A DNA stretch of 64,000 nucleotides from an uncultured Nitrososphaeraceae archaeon (GCA_963779615.1 CAVZZA010000003.1:736001-800000), one strand, 5' to 3'; shown: positions 1-11,225, numbered from the stretch's first letter. The notes: generated by a model not told the origin, from the letters alone. Program-made: numbers and translations.

Positions 1-309
1 AGGGGAGGGTATTTCGTAGTAAAGAAACCATAAAAAACGAATCCAAAACAAAAGGAGGATACAATCCGTAGGAAGAAACCCATAGATTCAAGGAAGCATG
101 AACTGCTCAATTTGGCTCCATAATAATGGTCACGGTTTGCTATCCAAATAGGAGGTAATGCTTTTTTTTGAGTAATCAACAATAACATTTTTGACCAATG
201 TACAAATAAAAAAGATAGAACATTTTTTGGCAGTGGCGGCACTGGAGGCATGGCAGAAAGGGGCAAGAAATTTATGTATAACAATAAGCAGTGGTGTAGG
301 ATACTAAAA

Positions 310-744
310 ATGAAAGCTTATGATATAATGTCGATAGATATCGAGGCTGCTAGAGAAAATGCCACAGTTACAGAAATAGGTACACGATTGATTTTGCGTG
401 CAATTAATGGGATGCCGATAATAGACGATGATGGAAAAGTCATAGGCATATTAACTATCATTGACATACTTCGCGCCATAAAAGATAATAAAAATATAGA
501 CACTCTCAAGGCAAGTGATATAATGACCAATAATCCCATAGTTATAGAACAGGGAACTGACATCTTGGAAATAATAGACATAATGGATAAAAAGGGAATT
601 GAAATGGTTCCCGTGATAGAGGCAGAGAATGATAACAGAATTATTGGAATTGTATCAAGAAAAGACATAATTGAAGAAAAATTCAATGAAAGGTTCGTTA
701 CTATAGGCATGAAAAAAACTATCACAAAGACGTTGGGTGAATAA
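310..744 (+). CDS. CBS-domain pair protein
   Basis: Two CBS repeats (MKAYDIMS...GMPIIDDDGKVIGILT; KASDIMT...MVPVI...IIGIVSRKDII); ATG at 310 preferred over 250. Confidence 0.85.
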   Translation: MKAYDIMSIDIEAARENATVTEIGTRLILRAINGMPIIDDDGKVIGILTIIDILRAIKDNKNIDTLKASDIMTNNPIVIEQGTDILEIIDIMDKKGIEMVPVIEAENDNRIIGIVSRKDIIEEKFNERFVTIGMKKTITKTLGE

Positions 745-1162
745 AGTCAAGTATTTTGATACGAACAAATCCTTAACACTTTCTTTGCCGATTAAGTTCA
801 TCACATACTTCAACTCTATTCATAAAACACAATTCAAACCCGCAATTATTTAGGATGGTGTAAACACCTTGAACATAAAGGAGGATGGATTAATAACCCC
901 TTTATTTTTACTATTTCTAAAGAGAGATAAAATATTTCAAACATTACCCACCTATAAAATTCTGATTTAAGATTGCGTACTTGTTGACAACCAACAATCT
1001 TTTTCTTAAATAAACTTAAGGTTGGTTGAATACAAGATCTCCATCACTCTATTATATTTTTTACCCTAAAAAAGTGAGTAGAATAAAAAAAACAAACATC
1101 AAGGCATTTTTTACTATATGCTTATATATTCATAAGGTATATCTTCAATATCAAAAAATAGC

Positions 1163-1924
1163 ATGTCATTAGAGCTGAGATGGTTTTTTCAGGGAAAAAT
1201 TCCAGACGAAATTAAAAGATGGTTTAACAAAGGTTCTTTTGACAATGAAAAATCCATTTTAGAAAAGGAAGAAACATTTCAAGACATTTACCTTTTTAAC
1301 CCCGAAGTTAACTACTCTAGTGTAAAATTCAGGAATGAAAATTTTGGCATTAAATGGAGGAAAAACACATACCCTATCGCCATCAGAATTAACAAAACGA
1401 ATATTGCTGGAATAGCAGAAGAATGGAAGTTATGGGAACTCAAAGATGACAAAATTTCCGAGGAAATACAACTGTATATGGACAGAAATGATAAACACCC
1501 ATGGATAAAAATAAATAAAAATAGGCAAAGATATCATTTCAAAATATCAGATACAACTAAAGAACATTTGGAACCAGAAACAGGCAGACCCAATGCGGAT
1601 TTTTCCATGGAACTCACAAATGTGATATTAGAAAAAAATCAAGACATTTCATGGTGGACAATAGGAATAGATTTATTTGATAAAAGCAACAGCAACATCA
1701 TCAACAACAACAGCAGTAATTACATGAATAATGACCATGGGAAAAAAATACTTGAGAAAATCTCCAGAATGCTTCTTGAAAATTATCCTCACAATAACCT
1801 GCTTGAAGTTAGATCCTATGGATATCCTCAATTATTTTCACTATATGCAGACTTGATTAAATCGTCAAGTCAAAACAACAACAATTCAATAACAACATCA
1901 AAATTTGATAGTCTTGCGGACTAA
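1163..1924 (+). CDS. Hypothetical protein, possibly CYTH-like fold
   Basis: 253-aa ORF; N-terminal LELRWFF and DIYL...VKFR resemble CYTH-like proteins; TTATATAT upstream. Confidence 0.55.
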   Translation: MSLELRWFFQGKIPDEIKRWFNKGSFDNEKSILEKEETFQDIYLFNPEVNYSSVKFRNENFGIKWRKNTYPIAIRINKTNIAGIAEEWKLWELKDDKISEEIQLYMDRNDKHPWIKINKNRQRYHFKISDTTKEHLEPETGRPNADFSMELTNVILEKNQDISWWTIGIDLFDKSNSNIINNNSSNYMNNDHGKKILEKISRMLLENYPHNNLLEVRSYGYPQLFSLYADLIKSSSQNNNNSITTSKFDSLAD

Positions 1925-1983
1925 AGACATGGAAAGCACAGTTAGGAATATAACACTTTTAACGAACCCTATTTCTTTTACAT

Positions 1984-2403
1984 ATGAAACATAAAACCGA
2001 ATATATCAACCTGAAAACCAATTCAAGGCGCGAATTTGTAAACATCACTCAACAGGTAAGAAGAACTGTTGATGAAAGCGGAGTCACAGAGGGCCTTTGT
2101 TTAGTAAATTCAATGCACATTTCATCCAGTATTTTCATAAATGATAATGAAACGGGTTTACATAAAGATTTTGACAAATGGTTAGAACAACTGGCGCCAC
2201 ACAGTCCAGCTAGTCAATACCGACACAATGATACTGGAGAAGACAATGCAGATGCACATCTTAAACGCCAAATTATGGGCAGGGATGTTGTCATTGCCAT
2301 AACTAATGGAAAACTCGACTTTGGGCCATGGGAACAGGTGTTTTATGGAGAATTTGACGGACAAAGAAATAAAAAAGTATTGATAAAAGTAATTGGCTAC
2401 TGA
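1984..2403 (+). CDS. yjbQ: YjbQ/UPF0047 family protein (secondary thiamine-phosphate synthase)
   Basis: Motifs H-x-[37 protein letters not shown]. Confidence 0.92.
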   Translation: MKHKTEYINLKTNSRREFVNITQQVRRTVDESGVTEGLCLVNSMHISSSIFINDNETGLHKDFDKWLEQLAPHSPASQYRHNDTGEDNADAHLKRQIMGRDVVIAITNGKLDFGPWEQVFYGEFDGQRNKKVLIKVIGY

Positions 2404-2504
2404 ACAAACAATAAGAAAAAGAACTTCAAAAAACCGATTCTTTTTTCGTGTTGCAGTGCACAGAATTTGAAAAGTTTATAATACAAAGTAAATCTTGATT
2501 AAAA

Positions 2505-2873
2505 ATGCATTTAAAAGACACCAGAAACAGAATAAATAAGAAGATTGACGCCAACTATAAAACCCGTCAAAAAATATTGTCAAGGATTAAAGATGTTTTA
2601 GCTATTGATTTTAACAAAATTTCAATATATAGAGATGAGATAATCATTAAATATCCTAACGTAAACACCACTGCCACAAAAAAGGAAAACGACAAAAAGG
2701 AGGACACATTGTTTAAAGTAGAAGTTCCAGATTCTCCGATAGGAAAAGCAAGGTATTATTATAAAGGGACAGAGATAGATTATCTTTCTATTGAAGAGGC
2801 CAACAATCTTGAGAAGGATTTAAAATACATTTTAGAAGAGATAGAAAAAAATACTAACGATATTATTCGTTAA
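2505..2873 (+). CDS. Hypothetical protein
   Basis: 122-aa ORF with ATG and TTTATAA upstream. Confidence 0.6.
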   Translation: MHLKDTRNRINKKIDANYKTRQKILSRIKDVLAIDFNKISIYRDEIIIKYPNVNTTATKKENDKKEDTLFKVEVPDSPIGKARYYYKGTEIDYLSIEEANNLEKDLKYILEEIEKNTNDIIR

Positions 2874-3230
2874 TAGAGCAATCGAACAAATACAAGTCAA
2901 AAGTCAAATATTTTGAAACTGATTAAATGAAAATAATTCACACTCAATGATGAGTCATTTTTTGTATTTTCATTTAATCATTCAAATTTTTATGACCACT
3001 TTCATCTTTCGCAGTCTTGAGTAATCACTACAAAAATTAATGGAGGACAACAACAACAGCATTGTTGAAAAAACTATTACTAAAATCCATAATCAATAGT
3101 TAAAAAAATTTGCAGAAGTTCAAGGGTGCCTAATGTATAAACACAAATAGGTATCCAAAAATTACCAGGATTATCCCAAAATAATTTAATTTAAATTTCC
3201 ATAAAACCATACAACAACAAGTTATTAATT

Positions 3231-4247
3231 TTGATTGAGATAAAAAACCTTTTTAAAAAATATAAAAATCTAATTGCCATAAATGATATAAACATAGAAA
3301 TTTACAATAATGAAATTTTTGGGCTTCTTGGTCCGAATGGAGCAGGCAAGACCACGTTAATCCACATTCTTGCAACCCTAATAAAACCCACATCGGGCAC
3401 TGCAATTATTAATGGATATGACGTTTCAAAGGATTCTTCAAAAGTTAGGTCCAGTATAGGCATTGTATTTCAAGCACCAAGCAGTGACGATATGCTTACA
3501 GGATATGAAAATTTAAAAATTCATTCATTTTTATACAAAGTTTCTTCCAATATCCGAGAAAGAAGAATTGATGAGGTTTTGGAACTGGTAGGTTTAACAG
3601 ACAGGAAAAATGATCAAGTGAAAAAATACTCAGGAGGTATGCGCAGGCGTCTTGAAATTGCCAGAGGACTGCTACACAAACCAAAGGTAATTTTTTTAGA
3701 CGAACCGACACTTGGCCTTGATCCAAGCAGCAGAGAAATCATGTGGAAATACATTAAAAGACTGGTTAATGAGGAAAAAATTACAATAATACTGACTACT
3801 CATTATATGGAAGAAGCAGACCTGCTGTGTGACAGAATAGGATTTATAGACAAAGGGGAAATAATTGCGGTCAATTCACCATCAAAATTAAAAGAGGACA
3901 CAGGAGGAGAAATAATCAACATTCAGTTAAAAAATTATCAAATTTCCGAAAAGGAGAAAATAGTAAACACAATAAAACATTTTGATTTTGTACATAAGAT
4001 AGAGGCTTTTGAAAAAAAAGAAAAAATAACTGTTTATGTTGATAACGCAAGCCATAACTTACCGATTATTTTAAAAAATATAGACAAAGGGAATGAACAT
4101 ACCAATATTACAGCGGTAAATTATAGAAGCCCTACATTAAATGATGTTTTTTTAAAATTCACGGGAAGAGGAATCACAGATCAACATAATAAAGATAGTG
4201 CAGAAGGCGGGTTTATGGAAAGGTATGCTCAATATGGAAAGAAATAA
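3231..4247 (+). CDS. ABC-2 exporter ATP-binding subunit (DrrA-like)
   Basis: Walker A GPNGAGKT, signature YSGGMRRRL, Walker B IFLDEPT, H-loop TTHYMEEA. Confidence 0.95.
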   Translation: MIEIKNLFKKYKNLIAINDINIEIYNNEIFGLLGPNGAGKTTLIHILATLIKPTSGTAIINGYDVSKDSSKVRSSIGIVFQAPSSDDMLTGYENLKIHSFLYKVSSNIRERRIDEVLELVGLTDRKNDQVKKYSGGMRRRLEIARGLLHKPKVIFLDEPTLGLDPSSREIMWKYIKRLVNEEKITIILTTHYMEEADLLCDRIGFIDKGEIIAVNSPSKLKEDTGGEIINIQLKNYQISEKEKIVNTIKHFDFVHKIEAFEKKEKITVYVDNASHNLPIILKNIDKGNEHTNITAVNYRSPTLNDVFLKFTGRGITDQHNKDSAEGGFMERYAQYGKK

Positions 4248-5052
4248 AAATAGAGAAATTTGGGGTTTTAACCTTGATCTTGAACTGGGTAAACTGTATG
4301 CGATTTGGTTAAGAGAGTTCAAGGTCTTTTTAAGAGAAAAAAGCAGGCTTGTTGCATCTACATTTACCCCACTGTTATGGTTATTTGTTCTTGGAGGAGG
4401 ATTAGGATCAGCGGTATCAACCACCGCTGTCCCATCCAATACGTCAAATATGGATTATCAAGAATTTATTTTCCCGGGGATAGTCATCATGTCAGTCATA
4501 TTTTCTTCAGTTTTTTTTGGTGCATATATAATATGGGACAGAAAATTCGACTTTCTCAAAAGTGTTATGGTCGCCCCGGTTAGAAGAAGCACGATCTTTT
4601 TAGGTAAAACTTTTGGAGGAATGACCACGTCATTAATCCAGGCTTTCATATTGTTAGCAATAGGTGTACTAATTGGAATAAACTACACAGTGGAGTCAGT
4701 AATATCATTTGTTGTAATAGTTTTAATGCTATCATTTGCGTTAACCTCCCTTGGTTTAGCCATTGGTAGCTATATGGAAAGTTTGGAAGGATTTCAATTA
4801 ATAGTAAGCTTTGTAGCGTTTCCAATTTATTTTCTTAGCGGAGCATTGTTTCCATTGGACAATATTCCATTATGGTTATCAATCCTAACCAGCATCAATC
4901 CCGCCACATATGCTGTTGAGGCATTAAGAAACTCCATGCTCGGAATCCCCGGAAAAAATTTATTTATTGTCAACATTGGGGTTCTCTTGATAACTAGTAT
5001 AGCGTTAGGAGTAGTTGGGGTATTGTCTTTTAAAAGAATGAAAGCTGTATAA
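4234..5052 (+). CDS. ABC-2 type transporter permease
   Basis: Six hydrophobic segments, FIFPGIV, FLSGALFP, NPATYAVEALR; overlaps ATPase end. Confidence 0.93.
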   Translation: MERNKNREIWGFNLDLELGKLYAIWLREFKVFLREKSRLVASTFTPLLWLFVLGGGLGSAVSTTAVPSNTSNMDYQEFIFPGIVIMSVIFSSVFFGAYIIWDRKFDFLKSVMVAPVRRSTIFLGKTFGGMTTSLIQAFILLAIGVLIGINYTVESVISFVVIVLMLSFALTSLGLAIGSYMESLEGFQLIVSFVAFPIYFLSGALFPLDNIPLWLSILTSINPATYAVEALRNSMLGIPGKNLFIVNIGVLLITSIALGVVGVLSFKRMKAV

Positions 5053-5724
5053 GTCTGATGACATAAATTTCAAAATACTTTGTTGCAGGTTTTGCTCATT
5101 TAATAGAAGCCCATAGATTAAAGATACTATAGATTCTTTCTGAGATTTAAAACATAATAGTCCTTTTCAAACCATATTTGTTATAGGGTATCCCAGTAGT
5201 TTTAACCTTACAATTAAGAAGAAACCGCACAATTAAGAAGAAGAAGGCATCTAAAAGACCATCATCTTGGCTTGTTAAATTAAATCAACTCTAGTTCAAA
5301 AAACCAGAAACTATACAAAAAAAGTGCGATCCTTAAAAGATACATGTATAAGAAATGGAAAATCAGAATATCATTTTGTATTTAAAAAGGTAAAACACCA
5401 ATCAGAGTTGGGGGTGACTTCGACACATTTTGGTTATCATGATAGTGCTACAGAGGAACAAAAAGACAAAGAGATTCTTTTTTAAAAAAAAACACATCAG
5501 TGTAAAGAATAATCCCATCACAGAGAAATTTATTTATGGTATATCAAACGCACGGTAACACTTACATTTGGTTATTGACTCAAACTATATAACCTATTCA
5601 TTAAAAAGTATATTATACATAGTTAAAATTTAAAATAATTTTAATGGAGAATATATATCTTTTATATATTCCAAACTAGATCAAGATGGTTTATCTTTAT
5701 AAAAACATCTATAGACTATACACA

Positions 5725-5856
5725 TTATCTTCTTGGTTTTTGACTTGAGAAGACTCTTCTATGGGACGTGGCGCAATATCCACAATATTCCAGAATACCA
5801 GCTTTGCCATGGCACATACATTCACATTTGTTTCCTGATGAAAATTTTTGTTTCAT
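5725..5856 (-). CDS. Small Cys/His-rich putative metal-binding protein (43 aa)
   Basis: Manual translation MKQKFSSGNKCECMCHGKAGILEYCGYCATSHRRVFSSQKPRR; TTATAAG about 25 nt upstream; below ORF-track cutoff. Confidence 0.6.
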   Translation of the reverse strand: MKQKFSSGNKCECMCHGKAGILEYCGYCATSHRRVFSSQKPRR

Positions 5857-6616
5857 AATTTTATTTGATCTTTAGGTCTTATAACAATATGCCAAGATTT
5901 GACTTGTATATTCTGATGGCTACACAATACAAATTATGATCAGCAGAATCAAAAAAAACAGTATCAACTAATTAATAAAAGTAGTCATTTGAGTACAAAA
6001 ACGTTATATTGATACTTTAATGATCTTGCACCTTTAAAACGGTGATAGCCATCAACATCTTATAATCAACTAAATAAAAAACATGATTCCAATCATTATC
6101 TTGATAAATTTTCAATTGCGTTTCATGAAAACCAAAGGGTATATGTGCATGCCAAGTTTATAAAATCACATGTTATTTTATTATTGATTCATACAATTTG
6201 TTTACACAGATAAATAAATCAGGCATCAAACAATTTTTTATGATAATAGGAGTTTTATATTCTTACACCTACAGACCCATTTAAACACATATTATGGTAC
6301 AAAAACAATTCGACACTGATAGATATAGTTCAAATCAAAACATATTGTTTAGTGCAACCTTATATCAATTAGACACCTTTACCATCCAAACCCTAAATAT
6401 AAAGAATTGCAGATCAGTAAACATGACCTTGAAAGGATCTTTGTTCTGAAATACTATAATCGTTTACAACATAAATAAATTGTTAACATATCATTTGACC
6501 TGTTTACCATGGAACGCCATATCAATGAATAATTTTTATAGCGTGTTGTGTTTAATATAATTAGATATTTTTTGATTCAAAATAGTTATCCTCTAAAAAA
6601 ATGGCATATAGAAAAC

Positions 6617-6889
6617 ATGGAAAAGACAATAATAAAATATGTAAAAGGTCTCCCAGTGGATGCAACTAGATGGGAAATTAGAAAAAATAAAAAATATGGC
6701 AAGCTGTCCAACATAGTTAGAAATATAAACTATGATATAAAACATGGGGTTACCAATGAACAGGTATTAGAGGTTTTTTTAAGAATTCGCAATGAACCTT
6801 TGTTTTTAGATTTACAAAATAACATAGAGGCCATGAACAGACTCGGAGACCTAGAAAGACAATTGAAAAGCGAAGAACTTATTGGATAA
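6617..6889 (+). CDS. Hypothetical helical protein
   Basis: ORF with ATG at 6617, coding-like composition. Confidence 0.6.
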   Translation: MEKTIIKYVKGLPVDATRWEIRKNKKYGKLSNIVRNINYDIKHGVTNEQVLEVFLRIRNEPLFLDLQNNIEAMNRLGDLERQLKSEELIG

Positions 6890-7142
6890 AAACTCAATTT
6901 ATTTGTTATTACCCATATATATTTCTTGAGCAATTATAAGCTTATTAAGCATAAATTTTTCAATCAGTGTTCACATACAAGTCCTATGAAGGCTATGATT
7001 TGTTGATAAACAACAACTCTTTTAAAATTTTTTTATGGGTTAATTGTATGCAAAGATCTTTTCTCTCACCAACAGCAAAAAAATTACCCATTTAACAATA
7101 TGGAAAGATGAACATAAAAATACAGATAATAAAGGAATAAAA

Positions 7143-7691
7143 TCATAACATCAAGATGACTGGGCTTATTACAGTAGTCCACAATTCATCTTTATGTCCT
7201 TCTGCAGATTGTGTAATATTTTGTGTTTTGTAAATTCTTCCTGAAAGTCTCCATTGTTCTTCTCTCTGATCCCAATTAAGTAATGAATCACTAGGCAAGC
7301 CCAAAGTAGTAGCAAGCATTTCCATGGCAATATCATCGGCATAATCACCAGCTTTTTGAGCGGTTTCACCGGTAGAATGATGTTCCGACAAATAACCATG
7401 ACGTGTATCATCGGCAGGTCTTGCCAAACCAATAGATGTAGCAATTAGTCGGTTTGGCTCATTGGTTTCAGAACGATTCATAACTGCAAAAACAATTTGC
7501 CCAGGCATTAGGTATTTCCTTCCCTCTTGCCTTGACACTGTTTTGCACTGTGTGGGTTTAATGCTAGATACAGAGACTAGATTCAGATCAGCTATTTCTG
7601 CGTAACGTAATGCCAACTCAAAGCTTGTAAGTCAATCTGTATGTGTGCCTTTCCCTTTTGTTAAAAACATTATTTTCGGGATAAACAACAT
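7143..7691 (-). pseudogene. pdaD: Pyruvoyl-dependent arginine decarboxylase with in-frame TGA at codon 20
   Basis: MLFIPKIMFLTKGKGTHTD*LTSFELALR...NLVSVSSI...GYLSEHH; stop at 7632-7634, frame otherwise continuous. Confidence 0.85.
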
Positions 7692-8156
7692 GGGCCCATC
7701 CTTACAGATCATATTTTCTACCATTTATAACAATAGGTACAACGAATGGATTTGATCATTGGCAAGACCTTCATCGCAGGTATATTCTCACCATCAACAA
7801 ATAGTGTATAAAGAAAAAAGGTGTGACATTATCTGCAGTATTCATCCCGTGCGACGAGAAAGTTATGTTATCACACAATAAACGACTCGTCGTAATTTAA
7901 TTGAGTCAGTTTCTAAATAAATGAATAAATAGCCATTATAATCGCTAACCGATTTATCTAGCTCTTCCTTTTTTAATGAATTTAATGTTTGTTAATCAAA
8001 ACCTTATCAAAATACACATATTAATATTAAATATTATTTACAAACATATTCAATTTTATTAAATATTTTATATAATTTTTAAAAATACGTTAAAATATTA
8101 TACAAATGAAAAATAAAGTTAAAATATTTGTTGACTTTTATAATTACTGACTATAA

Positions 8157-10166
8157 TTGGTTATAGACGATAGAGTTCACTTGGTAGATAATCAAGATAA
8201 TTTAAGCGGAGATATCTCTAATAAAAATACAGACAACATTAAAAAAAATAGCGCCATAAAAGACAGCATAAATATTAATAAAGACCATTTACACAATCTT
8301 GACCCCAACATTAGGAATTCTATTGAAGAATTTATAAAAAATCTAAATGGTCATCTAAGTGACATTCAAATAACAAAAGAGCAAAAAAAATCAATAGAAA
8401 AGCAAATTGAAGAAATAGCCAAAGAAATTCCTTCATACAAAAAAATTCAAAATGATTTCTCAGAAGACTCTGTAAAATCATCAAACGAAAGCAATAGTGA
8501 TCCTGTTGCATGCTTTGACAGATCTGCCGAAGTAAAGCAACTAACAGACGATGAACATTATAACAAGGGCCTGTCGCTTTATTATCAGGGAAACTTCAGC
8601 GAGGCCATTGCGTGCTACGACAGGGCTATTGAGATAAACCCAGAGAACGCTGACGCATACAGCAACAAGGGCCTGTCGCTTTATTATCAGGGAAACTACA
8701 GCGAGGCCATTGCGTGCTACGACAGGGCTATTGAGATAGACCCACAGAACTCTGACGCGCATTACAACAAGGGTATAATTTTAGCCTACATTGGGGACAA
8801 CAACGAGGCCATTGCGTGCTACGACAATGCTCTTGAGGTAAACCCACAGAACGCTGACGCGCATTACAACAAGGGTACAATTTTAGCCTCCCGTGGGGAC
8901 AACAACGAGGCCATTGCGTGCTACGACAGGGCTATTGAGATAAACCCACATAATGCTCATGTGTTTAATAACAAGGGCCTGTCGCTTTATTATCAGGGAA
9001 ACAACAGCGAGGCCATTGCGTGCTACGACAGGGCTATTGAGATAGACCCACAGTTTTCATGTGCACATAACAACAAGGGCCTGTCGCTTTACTACCTTGG
9101 GGACAACAACGAGGCCATTGCGTGCTACGACAGGGCTATTGAGATAAGCCCACATAATGCTCATGTGTATTACAACAAGGGACTATCACTAGCATCCATT
9201 GAAAAATTCACAGAGGCCATTGCGTGCTACGACAATGCTCTTGAGGTAAACCCACAGAACGCTGACGCGCATTACAACAAGGGACTATCACTAGCATCCA
9301 TTGGGGACAACATCGAGGCCATTGCGTGCTACGACAGGGCTATTGAGATAGACCCACAGAACGCTCATGTCTATTACAACAAGGGTACAATTTTAGCCTC
9401 CCGTGGGGACAACATCGAGGCCATTGCGTGCTACGACAGGGCTATTGAGATAGACCCACAGAACGCTGACGCGCATTACAACAAGGGACTATCACTAGCA
9501 TCCATTGGGGACAACATCGAGGCCATTGCGTGCTACGACAGGGCTATTGAGATAGACCCACAGAACGCTGACGCGCATTACAACAAGGGACTATCACTAG
9601 CATCCATTGGGGACAACATCGAGGCCATTGCGTGCTACGACAGGGCTATTGAGATAGACCCACAGAACGCTGACGCGCATTACAACAAGGGACTATCACT
9701 AGCATCCATTGAAAAATTCACAGAGGCCATTGCGTGCTACGATAAGGCTCTTGAAATAGAATCAGACAATGTCAGTGCCCTAAACAAAAAGGCATGGTAC
9801 CTTGCCAACTATTTTCCGGAAAGACTGAACGAAGCTTCAGAAACGATCAAAAAAGCAATGGGTTTGGATCCTACCAACAGTAACGTAATTCATACATATG
9901 GATATACCTTGGATAAGCTCAAAACATATAAAGAAGCAGTTGTAGTTTATGAACACATCCTAAAACAAACACCATCGTTTCCAAATGTTTGGTATGATTG
10001 CGCCAGGTCAAAAATAAAATTAGATGATAAAAACATACAAAGCTGTATCAATGATCTACAAAAAGCAATCGAATTGAACCCCACCTATAAAGAAAAAGCT
10101 AGATATGAAATAGATTTTGAAAACATCAAAAACAACCCTGATTTTAAAAGAATAATAGAAGTATAA
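8157..10166 (+). CDS. Tetratricopeptide repeat protein
   Basis: 12 tandem 34-aa repeats (YNKG..L...G...EAIACYDRAIEIDP) and C-terminal YDCA..L.KAIELNP.YK..A..E.DF cap. Confidence 0.95.
   Translation: MVIDDRVHLVDNQDNLSGDISNKNTDNIKKNSAIKDSININKDHLHNLDPNIRNSIEEFIKNLNGHLSDIQITKEQKKSIEKQIEEIAKEIPSYKKIQNDFSEDSVKSSNESNSDPVACFDRSAEVKQLTDDEHYNKGLSLYYQGNFSEAIACYDRAIEINPENADAYSNKGLSLYYQGNYSEAIACYDRAIEIDPQNSDAHYNKGIILAYIGDNNEAIACYDNALEVNPQNADAHYNKGTILASRGDNNEAIACYDRAIEINPHNAHVFNNKGLSLYYQGNNSEAIACYDRAIEIDPQFSCAHNNKGLSLYYLGDNNEAIACYDRAIEISPHNAHVYYNKGLSLASIEKFTEAIACYDNALEVNPQNADAHYNKGLSLASIGDNIEAIACYDRAIEIDPQNAHVYYNKGTILASRGDNIEAIACYDRAIEIDPQNADAHYNKGLSLASIGDNIEAIACYDRAIEIDPQNADAHYNKGLSLASIGDNIEAIACYDRAIEIDPQNADAHYNKGLSLASIEKFTEAIACYDKALEIESDNVSALNKKAWYLANYFPERLNEASETIKKAMGLDPTNSNVIHTYGYTLDKLKTYKEAVVVYEHILKQTPSFPNVWYDCARSKIKLDDKNIQSCINDLQKAIELNPTYKEKARYEIDFENIKNNPDFKRIIEV
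8556..9750 (+). repeat. 12 x 102-bp near-identical intragenic tandem repeat
   Basis: gaggccattgcgtgctacga recurs at 8601, 8703, 8805 ... 9723 with exact 102-bp spacing. Confidence 0.95.
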
Positions 10167-10351
10167 CTTTAAATTTATTTTTTTATCAATCAGGATTATT
10201 TGATCCAAACGCACATCCAAATAAAGAAATAAATGAATAATTATACCATTTAAAAAATATTTTTTCATATTTTTAATTTTATTATTGTAATGCATAAAAC
10301 TAAAAATATATTAAGGCAAAATTTTGCCATCGAGAAGACACACCTTCTTCA

Positions 10352-11032
10352 TTATTTCATTTCTTCAGTAACTTTATCATCATATTTTATTTGCTCATTG
10401 ACTATCACATCAGTAATCGTTCTTGTTTCAGTAATTGGTTTCTTTTTTATTACAACTTCTTCCTTAACATACGAGTGTTTGTTGATTACTGGCTCTTCTC
10501 GTTTTAGATTAATTATTATCTCTGTTTTGGATTGTACTGGATTTTCCACTGATGTAGAAGACGAGGACGACTCATTTATTGAAGGTATCCGCTCTATCGT
10601 TATTTCTTCATGGGTTAACTCTATATCAACTTTCTTTATTTCTTTTACTGGCTCCTTTACTATCTTTACTTTATTTTCGGTAAGTCTTTTTGAGACTTCG
10701 AGATTTTCGCCCATTACGGGAATCTTTGTTTCTAGCTCTTTTGACATATCAGAGGATTTGAATGAGGAATACCCATCAAATTTCAAACCTTCTGTTTCCC
10801 TATACCCATCAAGATCATTGTCTGTTATGTTCAGCCTTAGAACAGATCCATCGAAACTAGTCACGGACTTTTTTGGCAAATAGTATTTTTTTTTATTTAT
10901 AATCCCTTTTTGTGTTATGATATATGTTGTTCCGACTTCTCTAACTTCGCCAAGGTCCTCTCCATTCAAGCCTATGGCTTCTTTTTTTACAACATTATCC
11001 CAATCTATACCATTTCCGTTATTTTTAGACAT
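10352..11032 (-). CDS. PRC-barrel-like + YsnF/AvaK (DUF2382) domain protein (type B1)
   Basis: VVKKEAIG..GEDLGEV..KYYLP..FDG N-domain; IPVMGENLEVSK..ELTHEEITIER..LKREEP..VKEEVVIKK. Confidence 0.85.
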   Translation of the reverse strand: MSKNNGNGIDWDNVVKKEAIGLNGEDLGEVREVGTTYIITQKGIINKKKYYLPKKSVTSFDGSVLRLNITDNDLDGYRETEGLKFDGYSSFKSSDMSKELETKIPVMGENLEVSKRLTENKVKIVKEPVKEIKKVDIELTHEEITIERIPSINESSSSSTSVENPVQSKTEIIINLKREEPVINKHSYVKEEVVIKKKPITETRTITDVIVNEQIKYDDKVTEEMK

Positions 11033-11046
11033 ATATATGGTAATGA

Positions 11047-11225
11047 GGCTCTGTTCACTTAAGCATTTACCTGTTTTATATTTGTCTAAATGAAATGGTT
11101 TTTGAAATCCAAAAAATTCAATTTTAATAAATTAAGGACAGTTTAACCCGAATTCTCTTCAAATATTTTTAATTACTATATTCACAATAAAAAAGGCAAT
11201 TAATTTTTCTTAAGTGAACAGAGCC
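11047..11225. mobile_element. IS6-derived MITE (179 bp)
   Basis: Perfect 17-bp TIR ggctctgttcacttaag / cttaagtgaacagagcc matching the IS6 end at 45572; non-coding AT-rich interior; no clear TSD. Confidence 0.88.

Noticed and set aside
7632-7634. Selenocysteine codon in pdaD
   Set aside because: The position is not a Cys site in this family and no SECIS or sel genes are seen
8556-9750. Regularly spaced repeat as CRISPR array or DGR template/variable repeats
   Set aside because: 102-bp period is in-frame TPR coding; intervening parts are reused rather than unique; no cas or reverse transcriptase gene; variation is not adenine-specific
10290-10883. 197-aa + strand ORF, and similar antisense ORFs (318..725, 14782..15270, 24912..25340, 48419..48832, 51646..52047)
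   Set aside because: Each lies opposite a gene with clear family motifs and has shadow-like composition
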